64,000 nt of DNA from Desulfomonilia bacterium (GCA_050014195.1 JBEKDT010000007.1:64001-128000); one strand, 5' to 3'. Shown: positions 1 through 10,478, counted from the first letter of the stretch. Numbers and translations are program-made. Notes: a model not told the origin generated them from the sequence alone.

Positions 1-2
1 TC

Positions 3-62
3 GGTCAGTTGAGCACTGAAATTGCCAAGATAATCGAGGAGATGGAAGCCCAAAAGCCTTGA
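3..62 (+). CDS. 3' end of a possible CDS entering from the left edge
   Basis: Open frame GQLSTEIAKIIEEMEAQKP-stop(60-62); too short to identify. Confidence 0.3.
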   Translation, partial: GQLSTEIAKIIEEMEAQKP

Positions 63-499
63 CACATTCTATTCTGAGCACTTCGCTGATCACGAGAGAG
101 GATTAAGGGCCAAGATATTTTTACTGGTTAAGATAGAAAGACCGACATCATCAATGTACTTACAACCATGACAATTTATGATTCAGAGTGGAAAGCGATA
201 TCTCTTGATAAAATTACAGAAAGTCAATCGATGAGAGTGAATTACATTATAATTAAAGAAGGGTTCCTAGTAGCACTATCCTTTAAGCCTGTTTATTTGG
301 TTATAAGCAAAAGGTTTTGTCTCAAACACCCTTCCACTTAGCCATTATTTCAGTATAGCAAATTGTTCTCTATGATATTCCAAGTTGTCTAGTAGAAGTC
401 CTACTTGATTTGAAATTTGTTGAGTGATGTTTGGATCTTGTGTCAGAGGCAACTAACTGAGTTGGGATTTTAAAACCATATATAACATTTGATACATTA

Positions 500-590
500 A
501 TATGGAGTGCCTAGCTGCATAGGTTTCAACACAAGATTACCAGTTTTCAGAGATTTCAAAACCGTGATGAGATCGAAGAATCTTCAATCT
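500..590 (+). repeat. Intergenic repeat copy 1 (right part only)
   Basis: GCATAGGTTTCAACACAAGATTACCAGTTTTCAGAGATTTCAAAACC aligns without gaps to copy 2 and shares ATCGAAGAA with copy 3. Confidence 0.85.
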
Positions 591-711
591 TGGCTAATCG
601 TAATGTGTGGAACTAAATCTTCACATAGGTATATTATTTCAAAGCCTCCAGGTTGGCACATGATATATGATTTCGTGATATGGATATGCGCTATTCAGAG
701 GAGAACTAATT

Positions 712-1800
712 ATGGGAACGATACCATTGAGGTATTTGATGATAGTCCTTCTCGTCATAAACTTATTTCTTTCGTCTTGCATAACAGAGCATGAGCTCTA
801 TCAATCAGCAAGCGGCGAAAAGGAGTTGCCTAAATGGCGCATCCTGTCAAGGGCTCGAGAAGAATTCGGGCCATATACTCAATGGAAGGAAGCCCTGATA
901 AAGGAGCTCATAGACGGCAGCCGGATTGTTTATACCAAGATGGGTCCTGTAGAATATTCCATCAATGGAGAAAGCGGGCCATACCTTATCGTCATGCACG
1001 GAGCCCCGGGCGGATATGACCAGACAGCTGCCCTGTTCAGCGATATGTTCGGTAAAGGGTTGCGTATCCTCAGTTGGTCTCGGCCCGGCTATCTCCGTAC
1101 CCCCTTACAAGACGGGAATATGTATGAAGAGCAGGCCGACGTTGCAGCCGCCCTTATGGATAATTTAGGCATTAAGCGGGCTTCTGTTCTCGGGTATTCT
1201 GCCGGAGGACCGGTGGCTGTCTATTTTGCTACCCGGTACCCCAAGCGTATCTGGGCGCTTATCCTTGAATGTGCAGTGACCCAGAAATGGGTTGTCAGTT
1301 CCGAGAATCTGGAGGAAAAGATCTACTTCGGATACCTGATGTACAATGATCCTTTCCTCTGGACTTCCGAGATCACCGGACGGATTGCACCACGGCTCAT
1401 CGGTATGTCGACTATCGAGATGGAAAGCACTCTTGATAAAGCGGCAGCACAGAAGCTGATGGATGATATTATGCATGATCCGCGAAGGGTGAAGGTGCTC
1501 AAAGACCTTATGAACAGCATGAGCCCTGGAAACCTCCGCAGAGATGGCATGGAGAACGATGTGGAGCAGCTCAAGAAGGTGAAAGACCTTCCTCTCGATA
1601 AAATCAAGGCGCCTACCTTGATTATCCATGGGACCGACGATGCAGATGTCTCAGTTGCAGATGCAGCGCTTGCATCCAATACAATACCCAATGCGAAGTT
1701 ATATCTCGTGCATGGTGGGTTTCATGTCATGGCCCTGACAGATACGATTGATGAGATAACTGAAAAGAGGGTCATGTTCTTAAAAAAATACTCCCCTTAA
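712..1800 (+). CDS. Alpha/beta hydrolase, probable lipoprotein
   Basis: Signal peptide with LSSC lipobox; HGAPG, GYSAGG nucleophile elbow, IHGTDD and GGFH motifs. Confidence 0.9.
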   Translation: MGTIPLRYLMIVLLVINLFLSSCITEHELYQSASGEKELPKWRILSRAREEFGPYTQWKEALIKELIDGSRIVYTKMGPVEYSINGESGPYLIVMHGAPGGYDQTAALFSDMFGKGLRILSWSRPGYLRTPLQDGNMYEEQADVAAALMDNLGIKRASVLGYSAGGPVAVYFATRYPKRIWALILECAVTQKWVVSSENLEEKIYFGYLMYNDPFLWTSEITGRIAPRLIGMSTIEMESTLDKAAAQKLMDDIMHDPRRVKVLKDLMNSMSPGNLRRDGMENDVEQLKKVKDLPLDKIKAPTLIIHGTDDADVSVADAALASNTIPNAKLYLVHGGFHVMALTDTIDEITEKRVMFLKKYSP

Positions 1801-1999
1801 TGAGAACCTGGGGGAGAGATGAGTATCATTTCTGCAGAACTATTCACCTTGGTTAAAATTTATATTTAACATGTATGTTCATGTGGTATATCGCTGGGTT
1901 CAATCTCTAACTATCAACTGTAGATCCCTACGATAACTTATGGGTTTAACAAGACCTGAGAAACCGTAGATTTTGCCAAGGCCAATAGTTATTCCAGAC

Positions 2000-2151
2000 C
2001 ATAGCTTATTTTCCATAACCTACGAAAAAGAGGGGCATGCAGAAGTGAAGATTACATACCAGATGTCACGCTCTGATATAGAGCGCCTTGTAGCATAGGT
2101 TTCAAAACAAGATCTTCAGTTTTCTTTCATCTTAAAACCTTGAAGAAATCG
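2000..2151 (+). repeat. Intergenic repeat copy 2 (full length)
   Basis: 2013-2139 aligns ungapped to 3781-3907 (95/127 identical by manual count); imperfect palindrome at 2000-2024. Confidence 0.9.
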
Positions 2152-2252
2152 CATTTATCTACAATTGACCATCAAAGATTGAGACCACCGCAGGATGTGT
2201 GGTTTAGCTGTTTCATGAATAACTCTTTCATCATTCTGTAATCTGCCCATCC

Positions 2253-3728
2253 TTACACCACTCTCTTAAAGTCTATATATCCACGTTCCACATTAGTATG
2301 GACCAGTTTCACGCGGATCCGGTGGCCGACATCCAGGCCTTTAAAACCACTCTCCAGTCTTCCCTCGATGGGTAGGTGCAGAAGACGGACCCACGTACCT
2401 TTTTCCGCTGCGCCGGTTACAATGGCATCAAACTGTTCCCCAATCCTCGATTCGAGCAATATTGCTGCTGCGGATTTTGTGACCTGCCGTTCTACTTTTT
2501 TAGCTGTGTGTTCTGCTTCGGTGCAGTGCTTGGCGAGTTCAGCCAACTCGTCGTTTTCGTAAGGTCGGGCACGTCCCGAAATAGCCGCTTTCAGCAACCG
2601 TTGGGTAATAACATCGGGGTATCTGCGGTTCGGTGCGGTGGAGTGTTCGTAATCCTTGACTGCAAGACCGAAGTGCCCGGCGACACTGCCTTCCGGAAGT
2701 TGGATGACATATTCACCCGGACCAAGGAGTTTGATGACGCTGAGAGAGAGATCGGGAAAGCGGAGAGGATCAGCAGCTTTCGCCGATACTAAGAATTGCT
2801 CCAGTGCCTTTGCGTTGGATTCCTTGGGCAACGCTAAGCCCCGCTCTGCGGCAAGCTCGATGATCCGATCCCAGCGTTTGGGTGTGCGAACCGCACGCCT
2901 CAGCGACGGGAACTTTTTAGAAGCGAGGTATCGTGCGGTAACGCCGTTAGCCGCGATCATGAACTCCTCAATAATTTCTGTGGCCCTGTTCTTCTTTTCT
3001 GCTTCCAAGTCCTTTAGTTTATCTCCATCAAAGACCGGACGTGCTTTTATTGTTTCGAGGTCAAGCGCACCATGCAGGTGCCTAAGTGCTTTCAGTTTCT
3101 GGGCCACGAGGTCCTGAAGTCGAAGGTTCTCGTCAAGCCCCTTAACCGCGTCGATCCCTTGCGGCATCGGGCCATTACCTTCAATCCAAGCAGCAACACT
3201 ATTGTAAGCAAGCTTGGCCCGATTACAGACTATCGCACCATAGAGGTCTGAACTCTGGAGCGATCCATCCCCTGTGAGAACCATTTCAATGACCACGGCA
3301 AGGCGGTCTGATTCATAGTTGAGAGAGGTAAGATCCGTGGAGAGTTTCTCTGGCAACATCGGAAACGTCCCGCCAACGGTATAGACCGAGGTTGTGTTTT
3401 GCCGTGCATGATCGTCAAGTGCCGATTGCTTCTTGACGAGTGCATCCACGTCGGCAATGGCGACATAGATCTTTGCGGACTCATTGGGCATGGATTCGGC
3501 AACGGTAAGCTGGTCCAGATCCAGCGAATCATCGTTATCGATGGAGCACCAGAGAAGGTTCCTGAGATCACGTGTCGATTCCTCAGTTCGCATCGCTGGA
3601 GCGTTGATTCCATCGAGTTCGGCGATTGCCTGGGGCGGAAAATCTGGAGCAAGGCCTCTTTCAAGCATAGCCCAATGGGCAATTCTTTGTAGGGTCGAGC
3701 GGTGTTGCCTGTCGTCGGTATTCGTCAT
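2253..3728 (-). CDS. RNB-domain exoribonuclease (RNase II/R family)
   Basis: SIDNDDSLDLDQ, EEFMIAAN and HSTAPNRRYPD motifs; C-terminal S1-like domain. Confidence 0.92.
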   Translation of the reverse strand: MTNTDDRQHRSTLQRIAHWAMLERGLAPDFPPQAIAELDGINAPAMRTEESTRDLRNLLWCSIDNDDSLDLDQLTVAESMPNESAKIYVAIADVDALVKKQSALDDHARQNTTSVYTVGGTFPMLPEKLSTDLTSLNYESDRLAVVIEMVLTGDGSLQSSDLYGAIVCNRAKLAYNSVAAWIEGNGPMPQGIDAVKGLDENLRLQDLVAQKLKALRHLHGALDLETIKARPVFDGDKLKDLEAEKKNRATEIIEEFMIAANGVTARYLASKKFPSLRRAVRTPKRWDRIIELAAERGLALPKESNAKALEQFLVSAKAADPLRFPDLSLSVIKLLGPGEYVIQLPEGSVAGHFGLAVKDYEHSTAPNRRYPDVITQRLLKAAISGRARPYENDELAELAKHCTEAEHTAKKVERQVTKSAAAILLESRIGEQFDAIVTGAAEKGTWVRLLHLPIEGRLESGFKGLDVGHRIRVKLVHTNVERGYIDFKRVV

Positions 3729-3767
3729 AATCTCACCTTTCTGGAATAATAGCTAATTGGGCTCAGC

Positions 3768-3923
3768 CGTTGATTATGTACCATAATCAACGCAAAAGGT
3801 GGGCATGGAAAATCATAGATAACATACCAGATGTGACGCTCTGGCATGAAGTGATAAGTTTCGTATGTTTCAACACATGATCTTCAGTTTCCAGGCATCT
3901 TAAAACCGATATGAATCGAAGAA
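3768..3923 (+). repeat. Intergenic repeat copy 3 (full length)
   Basis: Starts with perfect inverted repeat CGTTGATTATG-tac-CATAATCAACG, then CATACCAGATGTGACGCTCTG...TATGTTTCAACACATGATCTTCAGT...TAAAACC. Confidence 0.9.
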
Positions 3924-4001
3924 AACTCAAAGTCTTGCGTCGATGATGGTCGCAAATAATTTGCCTTAGAGTGAAAATTTGCACCAATGTTCTTAGTACA
4001 C

Positions 4002-5048
4002 TTAGTGGGAGGATTTGAATATATTATACGTATCCGGATAGGTCGAGTTCAGTAGTTTCATTCCAGATTCAAACCTCTTTACCCATCCTTTTCCTCGTGA
4101 TCGTAATGATTCCATCGCCATCGGGAGATCTCCAGGCCTATCTTCTATAAGGAGTTTTATGAGTTGAGATGCCTGGAAGAGATCTTTTGTGGCTTTGATG
4201 CTGCTCGAAACCGGACGCTCCCCGGAAATCAGAAGTTTATGGACAGCGAATCTTGCAGGATCTGGTATGCTCACTAAAATTCCTCCCCCGTTTGTCACAG
4301 CTGCCTGTATCTGAGATTCTATGAGATAATCGAGGTACATGAGAGGTTGTGCTGCAGTCTTTAACCTCGGGATAAAAATAGGTGTTACCTGGTCAGGTTT
4401 TTTTGCAGGAGTGAGAACATCAACTCTGAGTTCCTTACCTCGGATATGAAATGACGTTGAGGGATGTTTATGATTCAAAGGGGGAATAGGCAGAAAACCC
4501 ATCTGGAGGCTCTCGAGAACCCCTGGAACGTCAGTTGAGAGGTCAGGGACAGCAACTTCCATATGTAATGATCCAGCGATGTCAATATCCTGAGTACGGA
4601 GAGAAGGCTTCTCCCATTTAACTCCGAGGGTATTGCCCATGATTAGAAATGCATGGGTACCGATAAGAACACCGCCTAATTTGAAAAAACCACTATCGGA
4701 TAATGCCTTCAATACCCTGGCCGTTTCTGGATCAGTGATATTTGCACCGCCAATGCGAAGCTGACTGCATAGCCTATTGATGTTATCGACTTCCTCCTTA
4801 ACATTTTGGCGATCGCTGATATAATTTTCAATAAAGCTGTCAATTACAGGACTGCGGGGACCTATATAAATCTGGCGTGCCACACCTCCTGGCTCGCTCG
4901 ACTGGAAATAGCAATACTCTTTTCCCTTAACAGGTTTAACAGTAAAACAGCCTGATAGACTCCCAATCGATCTATGCGCTTCCGCGATAATGAGTTGTTC
5001 TACAAGCTCGGCATAAAGTGTTTGAGTAACCAGGGGTATTCTATTCAT
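4002..5048 (-). CDS. GSU2403-like nucleotidyltransferase-fold protein
   Basis: LIGTHAF...RTQDIDI NTase motif, VDVLTP and PDPARFAVHKL; N-terminal YCYFQ...QIYIGP domain. Confidence 0.75.
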   Translation of the reverse strand: MNRIPLVTQTLYAELVEQLIIAEAHRSIGSLSGCFTVKPVKGKEYCYFQSSEPGGVARQIYIGPRSPVIDSFIENYISDRQNVKEEVDNINRLCSQLRIGGANITDPETARVLKALSDSGFFKLGGVLIGTHAFLIMGNTLGVKWEKPSLRTQDIDIAGSLHMEVAVPDLSTDVPGVLESLQMGFLPIPPLNHKHPSTSFHIRGKELRVDVLTPAKKPDQVTPIFIPRLKTAAQPLMYLDYLIESQIQAAVTNGGGILVSIPDPARFAVHKLLISGERPVSSSIKATKDLFQASQLIKLLIEDRPGDLPMAMESLRSRGKGWVKRFESGMKLLNSTYPDTYNIFKSSH

Positions 5049-5084
5049 AGTTATACGTAGAGTGTCATAATTCTATGTATAACT
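5049..5084. promoter_or_regulatory. Inverted-repeat operator abutting the NTase start codon
   Basis: AGTTATACGTAG-N12-CTATGTATAACT (11/12 symmetric). Confidence 0.5.
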
Positions 5085-5251
5085 CAAGGATGAAGTTTAT
5101 TCTTTTCATTGTGTGTGCTTGCATTTGTATATCCTTATGCCCGCAATCATTGTTTGTTCTCTGCTCACATTAAGTGATTTTATCCGAGTTCTATGCTCAA
5201 ATTAAATGCGAATAGGAAAATATAAATTATCAACATAGGCATCATAAAGGG

Positions 5252-5345
5252 CATGCCAAAACACACGCTCTGATGTAGTGCATTGCTGGATATGTTTCAA
5301 CTCAAGATCTTCAGTATTCAGACCTCATAAAACCGAAATGAAATG
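5252..5345 (+). repeat. Intergenic repeat copy 4
   Basis: CACGCTCTGAT...TATGTTTCAACTCAAGATCTTCAGT...TAAAACC aligns to copies 2 and 3 with a 2-nt gap. Confidence 0.85.
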
Positions 5346-5489
5346 CGGTTATGTTTTCTTAGGCTTGTAGATAAGTTTTCTACTTCAAGGTATTATTTAA
5401 TTTATTATAGTTACCTTATTCCGCCCCATCTGGCGCTAAACCTTATCTCAAAAATACAAAAAGTTCTGGGTAGAGCTTCTGGAGGTTTA

Positions 5490-5771
5490 TCAGGTCTTGC
5501 CATTTACCCGGTCTCTCATATCTTTGCCGGTTTTAAAGAAGGGCAGGGTCTTTTTCTTAACCTGAATTTTCTCGCCACTCTTTGGATTTCTCCCGGTATA
5601 GGGTTTGTAATCCCTCATGACAAAGCTTCCGAACCCACGAATTTCGACCCGCTGCTTGCCCTTCATGGCAATAATCATGGCATTGAGGGTGGAGTTCACC
5701 AAGGCCTCTGCCTTTTTCGGGTGGAGAGCCATTCGCATGGAAAGTTCTTCAATCAGTTCCGATTTGTTCAT
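5490..5771 (-). CDS. ihfB: Integration host factor beta-like (HU/IHF family)
   Basis: MNKSELIE, RVEIRGFGSF, GRNPKSGE and PFFKTGK motifs. Confidence 0.9.
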   Translation of the reverse strand: MNKSELIEELSMRMALHPKKAEALVNSTLNAMIIAMKGKQRVEIRGFGSFVMRDYKPYTGRNPKSGEKIQVKKKTLPFFKTGKDMRDRVNGKT

Positions 5772-6080
5772 GTATCTCCTCCAACTTTTGTATAATTATT
5801 CATAGATTATAAAGACATCCATGCACATGTCAAGGAATTATGGCTGACCCCCCAGGAACGGATGAGGGTAAAGGTACCCAATATTTTTTACAGAGAACAT
5901 TCGACAATACTAAAAAAATCAAAGTTCTCATAATTTGAGCTAGATCGCATTCTTTGTGAATGAGATTGCATCTCCAAATTGACCTGAGAGAAATGCAGTG
6001 AGCAAATGCATTAATAGCTATACAAAAGGTATCTTTCCTATAGCGATATGTGTTATAGTGATTATCTGAGAGGGGTTGGA

Positions 6081-7142
6081 ATGGGTGAAAATCAGCATCA
6101 AATCGCTATACGAAATAATTCTTATGAGATCAGCATCCCTGAAGGTGATCAGGACACCTTATACTTCTGGCTGAAAAATTATCTCGAGCATGCCGTCACT
6201 ACCGCAGAGAACTCCCGCAAAGTTCAGGTGAGGGACCTATCGCTCTTCATCCGGTTCGCTGAAAAAGAAGGCGCTCTCATGAGATCGGTGTGGACTCCCA
6301 GGTTATCCCGGGCGTTCATAGACTTCCTGAGGACAACCCTCAGGTCCGGAGGACAACGGTACTGGGCAGACAGGACTATCAACCGGATCCTGGCGCACGT
6401 GAAGACCTTTGCGAAGTGGATCCACAAGCTTGCTCCTTTTCCGCTTGGGAACCCCATGGGGAATATCAGGCTCATGGGGGTAGGGGAGAACCTCGATATC
6501 GAACGGGCATTCTCCGATGGCGAACGTCGCAAGCTGCTCGATGCTGCAGACCTTCTGCCTTCGGTCTGGGGGAAGAGTAGGGACCGTAGGAGAAATAAGA
6601 ATACTGAACCTGTGGCCAGGCCCAGGAGGAAGTACGCACGCCCATGGCGCAACCGGGCCATGATGTATACCTTGATCGAAACCGGCATGCGCAGGGCTGC
6701 ATTAGTGAATATCAATATCAGTGACATTGACTGGGATCATCATCTTATCATTACAGTAGAGAAGGGTGGGTATTCCCATTCCTATTCAATCAGTGATCAG
6801 GGATTGAAGGCGATCCTAGATTATCTGGCCGATGAGCGTGAAGTGGATAAAGGAGAGGGATTGAATGCTCTGTTCCTGCCGGCAAGTACCATCCGGAACA
6901 GCAGTGGCCGTCTTACACCCCTCGTGGTCAACCATGTATGGGACGAGGTGTGCACTCTTGCCCAGGTCTCAGGTAAAACACCGCACTCTGCCCGGCATGC
7001 TATGGGGAGGCACATTATTGAGAAGACCGGGAACATTGCTGCAGTCCAGAGGCAGCTTGGGCATAGGAATGTAGCTTACTCGGTGCAATATGCGAGGGTG
7101 TCAAATAAAGAGTTGAGGGATGTGCTGAACAATAGATCTTGA
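6081..7142 (+). CDS. Tyrosine recombinase/integrase
   Basis: GMRR, EKGG, HSARH, LGH and QY catalytic residues; ATG 6081 follows an RBS-like GAGAGGGG (ORF track start 6048). Confidence 0.92.
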   Translation: MGENQHQIAIRNNSYEISIPEGDQDTLYFWLKNYLEHAVTTAENSRKVQVRDLSLFIRFAEKEGALMRSVWTPRLSRAFIDFLRTTLRSGGQRYWADRTINRILAHVKTFAKWIHKLAPFPLGNPMGNIRLMGVGENLDIERAFSDGERRKLLDAADLLPSVWGKSRDRRRNKNTEPVARPRRKYARPWRNRAMMYTLIETGMRRAALVNINISDIDWDHHLIITVEKGGYSHSYSISDQGLKAILDYLADEREVDKGEGLNALFLPASTIRNSSGRLTPLVVNHVWDEVCTLAQVSGKTPHSARHAMGRHIIEKTGNIAAVQRQLGHRNVAYSVQYARVSNKELRDVLNNRS

Positions 7143-7288
7143 TTTCTAAATTCAAAGACTTGCGCAAGAGAATACTCCTTACTCCTCTATTTTTAGCAGG
7201 AATGATGTTGATATCCGTCGGCTATGGCCTCTCACCTCGGTTGGAACGAATACCTGCGGTGCTTATAATTTTATCCTCTACCCTTTAT

Positions 7289-10219
7289 TCATGAATTTAT
7301 AATCCACGCTGCGTTAGCAGCACCGCCTCGCCGAACATATTCAAGACCATAAAGCATGAGATCAGCAAGATGTTCGTCTATTTGGCTTTGCGCAATTCCT
7401 GGCTGTACTGCATACACATCGAAAAAGAGCTTATTTGCAGGAGTATCCTTGAGAATCCTTTGCAGGATTGGGAAATCTCCCACGATGAATCGGGAAGGGC
7501 AACTGTGACGGTGTTCATTGATCCTGTGTTCAACATGATTGCAAAGAACAGAGGCTTCGCAATAAGCTACAGATTTAAGCACTTGCCCGGCCACTTCACA
7601 TACATCGTCAAAGCGGCCACCTGAGGGAGAACCTCCCGCCCCTTTGCAGTGATATAAAGATACACGAAAAATCTCGTCTTCACATTTCGTTATGGCTATA
7701 AAGTCAGCAGCCTCTCCACTACGGTGGTCATAAATCAGGGCCTGAAGACCAGCCAAGTTCTGAAGGTGATGCTCTAGATACTGATGAACCGTCATTTGCC
7801 CGTTAGCCCTTGCTTCATCGCATTCAACCTGGATTGCACATCCGTCCCAGTCTAAAATTGTTGTATCGTCGGGAGCGAGAGTAGCAGCAGTTATTTTTGG
7901 TGGACGCATTAGGTTCATTCCTTCAAAAGAGGATTTATCTGCTGCGTAAAATATCGGTGGATGCATTGCCATCCATGTTCCTATAGGCATCCAGTCGTCT
8001 AAACCTGACAAAATTTCAATGGTCCAATCCTGCGAGTCCTGCTTGACTAGAACCCCACCAGTGAGTGTAAAAATGAATTTTGTAGCGAATGAATCATTGC
8101 CGATTTCGAAACGAAGAAACTGTTTATCGTCTGAGGTATTGAAGTTAGCAAATTCAAGATCAGTGACCTGTGAATAATGCCATCCATCTTCATTCTCGCG
8201 TCGGTACCTGACTCGAGGAGCGGATCGATAAGCTACCTTGTTCCAACCGGCAGCGATGATTCTTTCGGGAATCTTTTGTAATAATCGTGCATGTTGCACT
8301 ATATCGAGTTGAGAGGCTGCAATCTCATCATCACCGTTAAGTCGATTGTTTAAAATGGTTATCCAATCAAGATATTCAGCAACCGTAAGTCGCTTATTAC
8401 TCCAAATTCGCGAACTACTACTTGCACCAATTGTTTCTCGTTCCTGGTTAGAAACTCCACTGCCGAAGAAGTGCCCTTGGACATATGCCCGACCATCGCC
8501 AGCCGTCACTGCCCGCTCGGCGTGTGGTCCGGTAAGCATTCTATAAGATTCAGCCTGAGTGTTAATTGCTGTGTTCTTAAATCCAAGATTGTAAAACCGA
8601 AGCCCTGTGAGTCCAGCAAGTGCTCGGCGTGTAACTTCATAGCTTAATGGACGATGTTTTTCTGGACAGACTGTTTCCATCAGTTCCAGATAGATTCTTT
8701 TAGTTCGTCTAGTAGAACCAATAAAACAAAGCCTCGTGGCATCATTGAATGCTAGAAGGAATGCATCGTGTCGTGAATTAGCCAAAGCGTCTGAAGCAGC
8801 CCAGTCGGGTGGAGAGTGATCTATAGTAAGAAGGAGGGTAATCAGACCATCTTCGGAAATCCATTGTTTTACGAGTTGCAGATTCCTCCCTACAATAGGC
8901 TGGACTGCTGAAAAATCCGGTTTTTCGCTGCAATGAAAAATCTGGGCATGCGCATAAAGTTTTAAGAGTAGGGGCGATACTGCGTCATAATCTGACAAAG
9001 CTTGTTTCTTTACTTTCAGGATTTGAAGGATTTCTCTATCGGCTTCAGCTTCCGCTACTTGAGCCTGTGCAACATCATCAATCAATTCTGCCACATCGAC
9101 GCCTTCTTGGAAGAGCTTGAAAATTGCGTCTTTTAACTTACTGATAGGCGCAATCAGCGTAGCGTCTCCTGTACTAACATCATTTGTACGGGCGAAACGG
9201 CCAATAAATTGCAGTGTGGGTACAAGTGATCTATGTGGCTCATGTAAAGCTGCTATCTTGAGCTTCGGAAAATCGTATCCCTCGCCAAACATGTCCACGC
9301 ACACCACCCCATCAAGCTCTCCATCAATAAGTCGTTTTTCGATCACATCCTGATATCGCCTTGATACATGACTAGCAATGGCTTCAATATTTGCCCCGAT
9401 ATCGGCGTATACCTTAACCAGTGCCTTTGCTGATTTGATGGAACCAGTCCGAGCGAAGATGCGATGATCGAATCCAGCCGTACGGTCTCTTGAGAGCTGT
9501 TCGAAAGCCAACTGTGCGACGGACTGCTCAATCTCCGACTCGTCTTGATCATTGACAACGGGAGCAGCCATGAAACGTACCTTACCAAATGCTTTCTCAC
9601 GAGATGCTTTAGTGACAGGATAGCAATAGGCAAGGCGTCCAGGAATTGGTAGCCGATCACGCCTAAATGGAGTAGCAGTGAGGAATACAAATCGTGCTTC
9701 CGAGAAGTGTTCAAGGTATGCATTCCATGTTTGAGCTGGTGCATGGTGTGCCTCATCAAGGATGATCAAATCAAAAAGGTCAATAGGAGGATTCGGCGCG
9801 AGGCTAGGAGAGGTGCTATTAGGAGTTGAGACAACGATGTCAACCTTCCGCATATTATCCCATTGGGCTTCAGAAGTAGGTCTTCCTTTTTGCCCAAGAA
9901 CCTTGGGATTAGGAAACATATCATCTACAACACTGATCTTATGAAGGATTGATAATACTCTAAAATGCCCAGTAGTTTGCTTGCGTAAAGCATCAGATGG
10001 TTCCACTATAAGTAATCGCCTGGACTTGAGTATAAAAGGTAAAGCCATCATTACAGCTGTTTTACCATAACCAGTTGGAAGCGAAAGCAATGCAGGCTCC
10101 TCGTAAACAGAAAAATGCGACATCACAGCATGCAATGCACCCAATTGGCCTGGCCTGAAACCATTGTTTGGCGAGGTTAGTAGCCGAATAGATAATGAGT
10201 TGTCTTCAAAGTAACCCAT
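7289..10219 (-). CDS. SF2 (ResIII-like) DEAH helicase with probable C-terminal PD-(D/E)xK-like nuclease
   Basis: PTGYGKT, DEAHH, TAT and QFIGRFAR; C-terminal GEAADFI...LYHCK. Confidence 0.8.
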   Translation of the reverse strand: MGYFEDNSLSIRLLTSPNNGFRPGQLGALHAVMSHFSVYEEPALLSLPTGYGKTAVMMALPFILKSRRLLIVEPSDALRKQTTGHFRVLSILHKISVVDDMFPNPKVLGQKGRPTSEAQWDNMRKVDIVVSTPNSTSPSLAPNPPIDLFDLIILDEAHHAPAQTWNAYLEHFSEARFVFLTATPFRRDRLPIPGRLAYCYPVTKASREKAFGKVRFMAAPVVNDQDESEIEQSVAQLAFEQLSRDRTAGFDHRIFARTGSIKSAKALVKVYADIGANIEAIASHVSRRYQDVIEKRLIDGELDGVVCVDMFGEGYDFPKLKIAALHEPHRSLVPTLQFIGRFARTNDVSTGDATLIAPISKLKDAIFKLFQEGVDVAELIDDVAQAQVAEAEADREILQILKVKKQALSDYDAVSPLLLKLYAHAQIFHCSEKPDFSAVQPIVGRNLQLVKQWISEDGLITLLLTIDHSPPDWAASDALANSRHDAFLLAFNDATRLCFIGSTRRTKRIYLELMETVCPEKHRPLSYEVTRRALAGLTGLRFYNLGFKNTAINTQAESYRMLTGPHAERAVTAGDGRAYVQGHFFGSGVSNQERETIGASSSSRIWSNKRLTVAEYLDWITILNNRLNGDDEIAASQLDIVQHARLLQKIPERIIAAGWNKVAYRSAPRVRYRRENEDGWHYSQVTDLEFANFNTSDDKQFLRFEIGNDSFATKFIFTLTGGVLVKQDSQDWTIEILSGLDDWMPIGTWMAMHPPIFYAADKSSFEGMNLMRPPKITAATLAPDDTTILDWDGCAIQVECDEARANGQMTVHQYLEHHLQNLAGLQALIYDHRSGEAADFIAITKCEDEIFRVSLYHCKGAGGSPSGGRFDDVCEVAGQVLKSVAYCEASVLCNHVEHRINEHRHSCPSRFIVGDFPILQRILKDTPANKLFFDVYAVQPGIAQSQIDEHLADLMLYGLEYVRRGGAANAAWIINS

Positions 10220-10478
10220 AACAAGTCCTCCAATACCTTCTTTCTCATTTTCTTAAGTAGGTGCTGAAAACCTTGTAGATATTACTTCTTCAATATCGGT
10301 CCGTCCATCCTACACGGAAGAAAACCAATCGAATAGAAAATGGAACAATTTGTTTTTTCATAGGAATCAATTCCTTTAAATTAAAGTCCATAAGATGTTA
10401 TATTATATATTATTTTATATTATAATATATAATTAATTATTTCAATTTGTTACTTTGATCCAGAAAAGAGGATTAGTA

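Noticed and set aside
507-794. Short ORFs overlapping the intergenic repeats (also 3787-3987)
   Set aside because: No RBS or motifs, and frames and strands are not conserved between repeat copies.
500-5345. Classical integron attC array
   Set aside because: No RYYYAAC...GTTRRRY hairpin architecture, mixed gene orientations, and the recombinase is not recognisably IntI.
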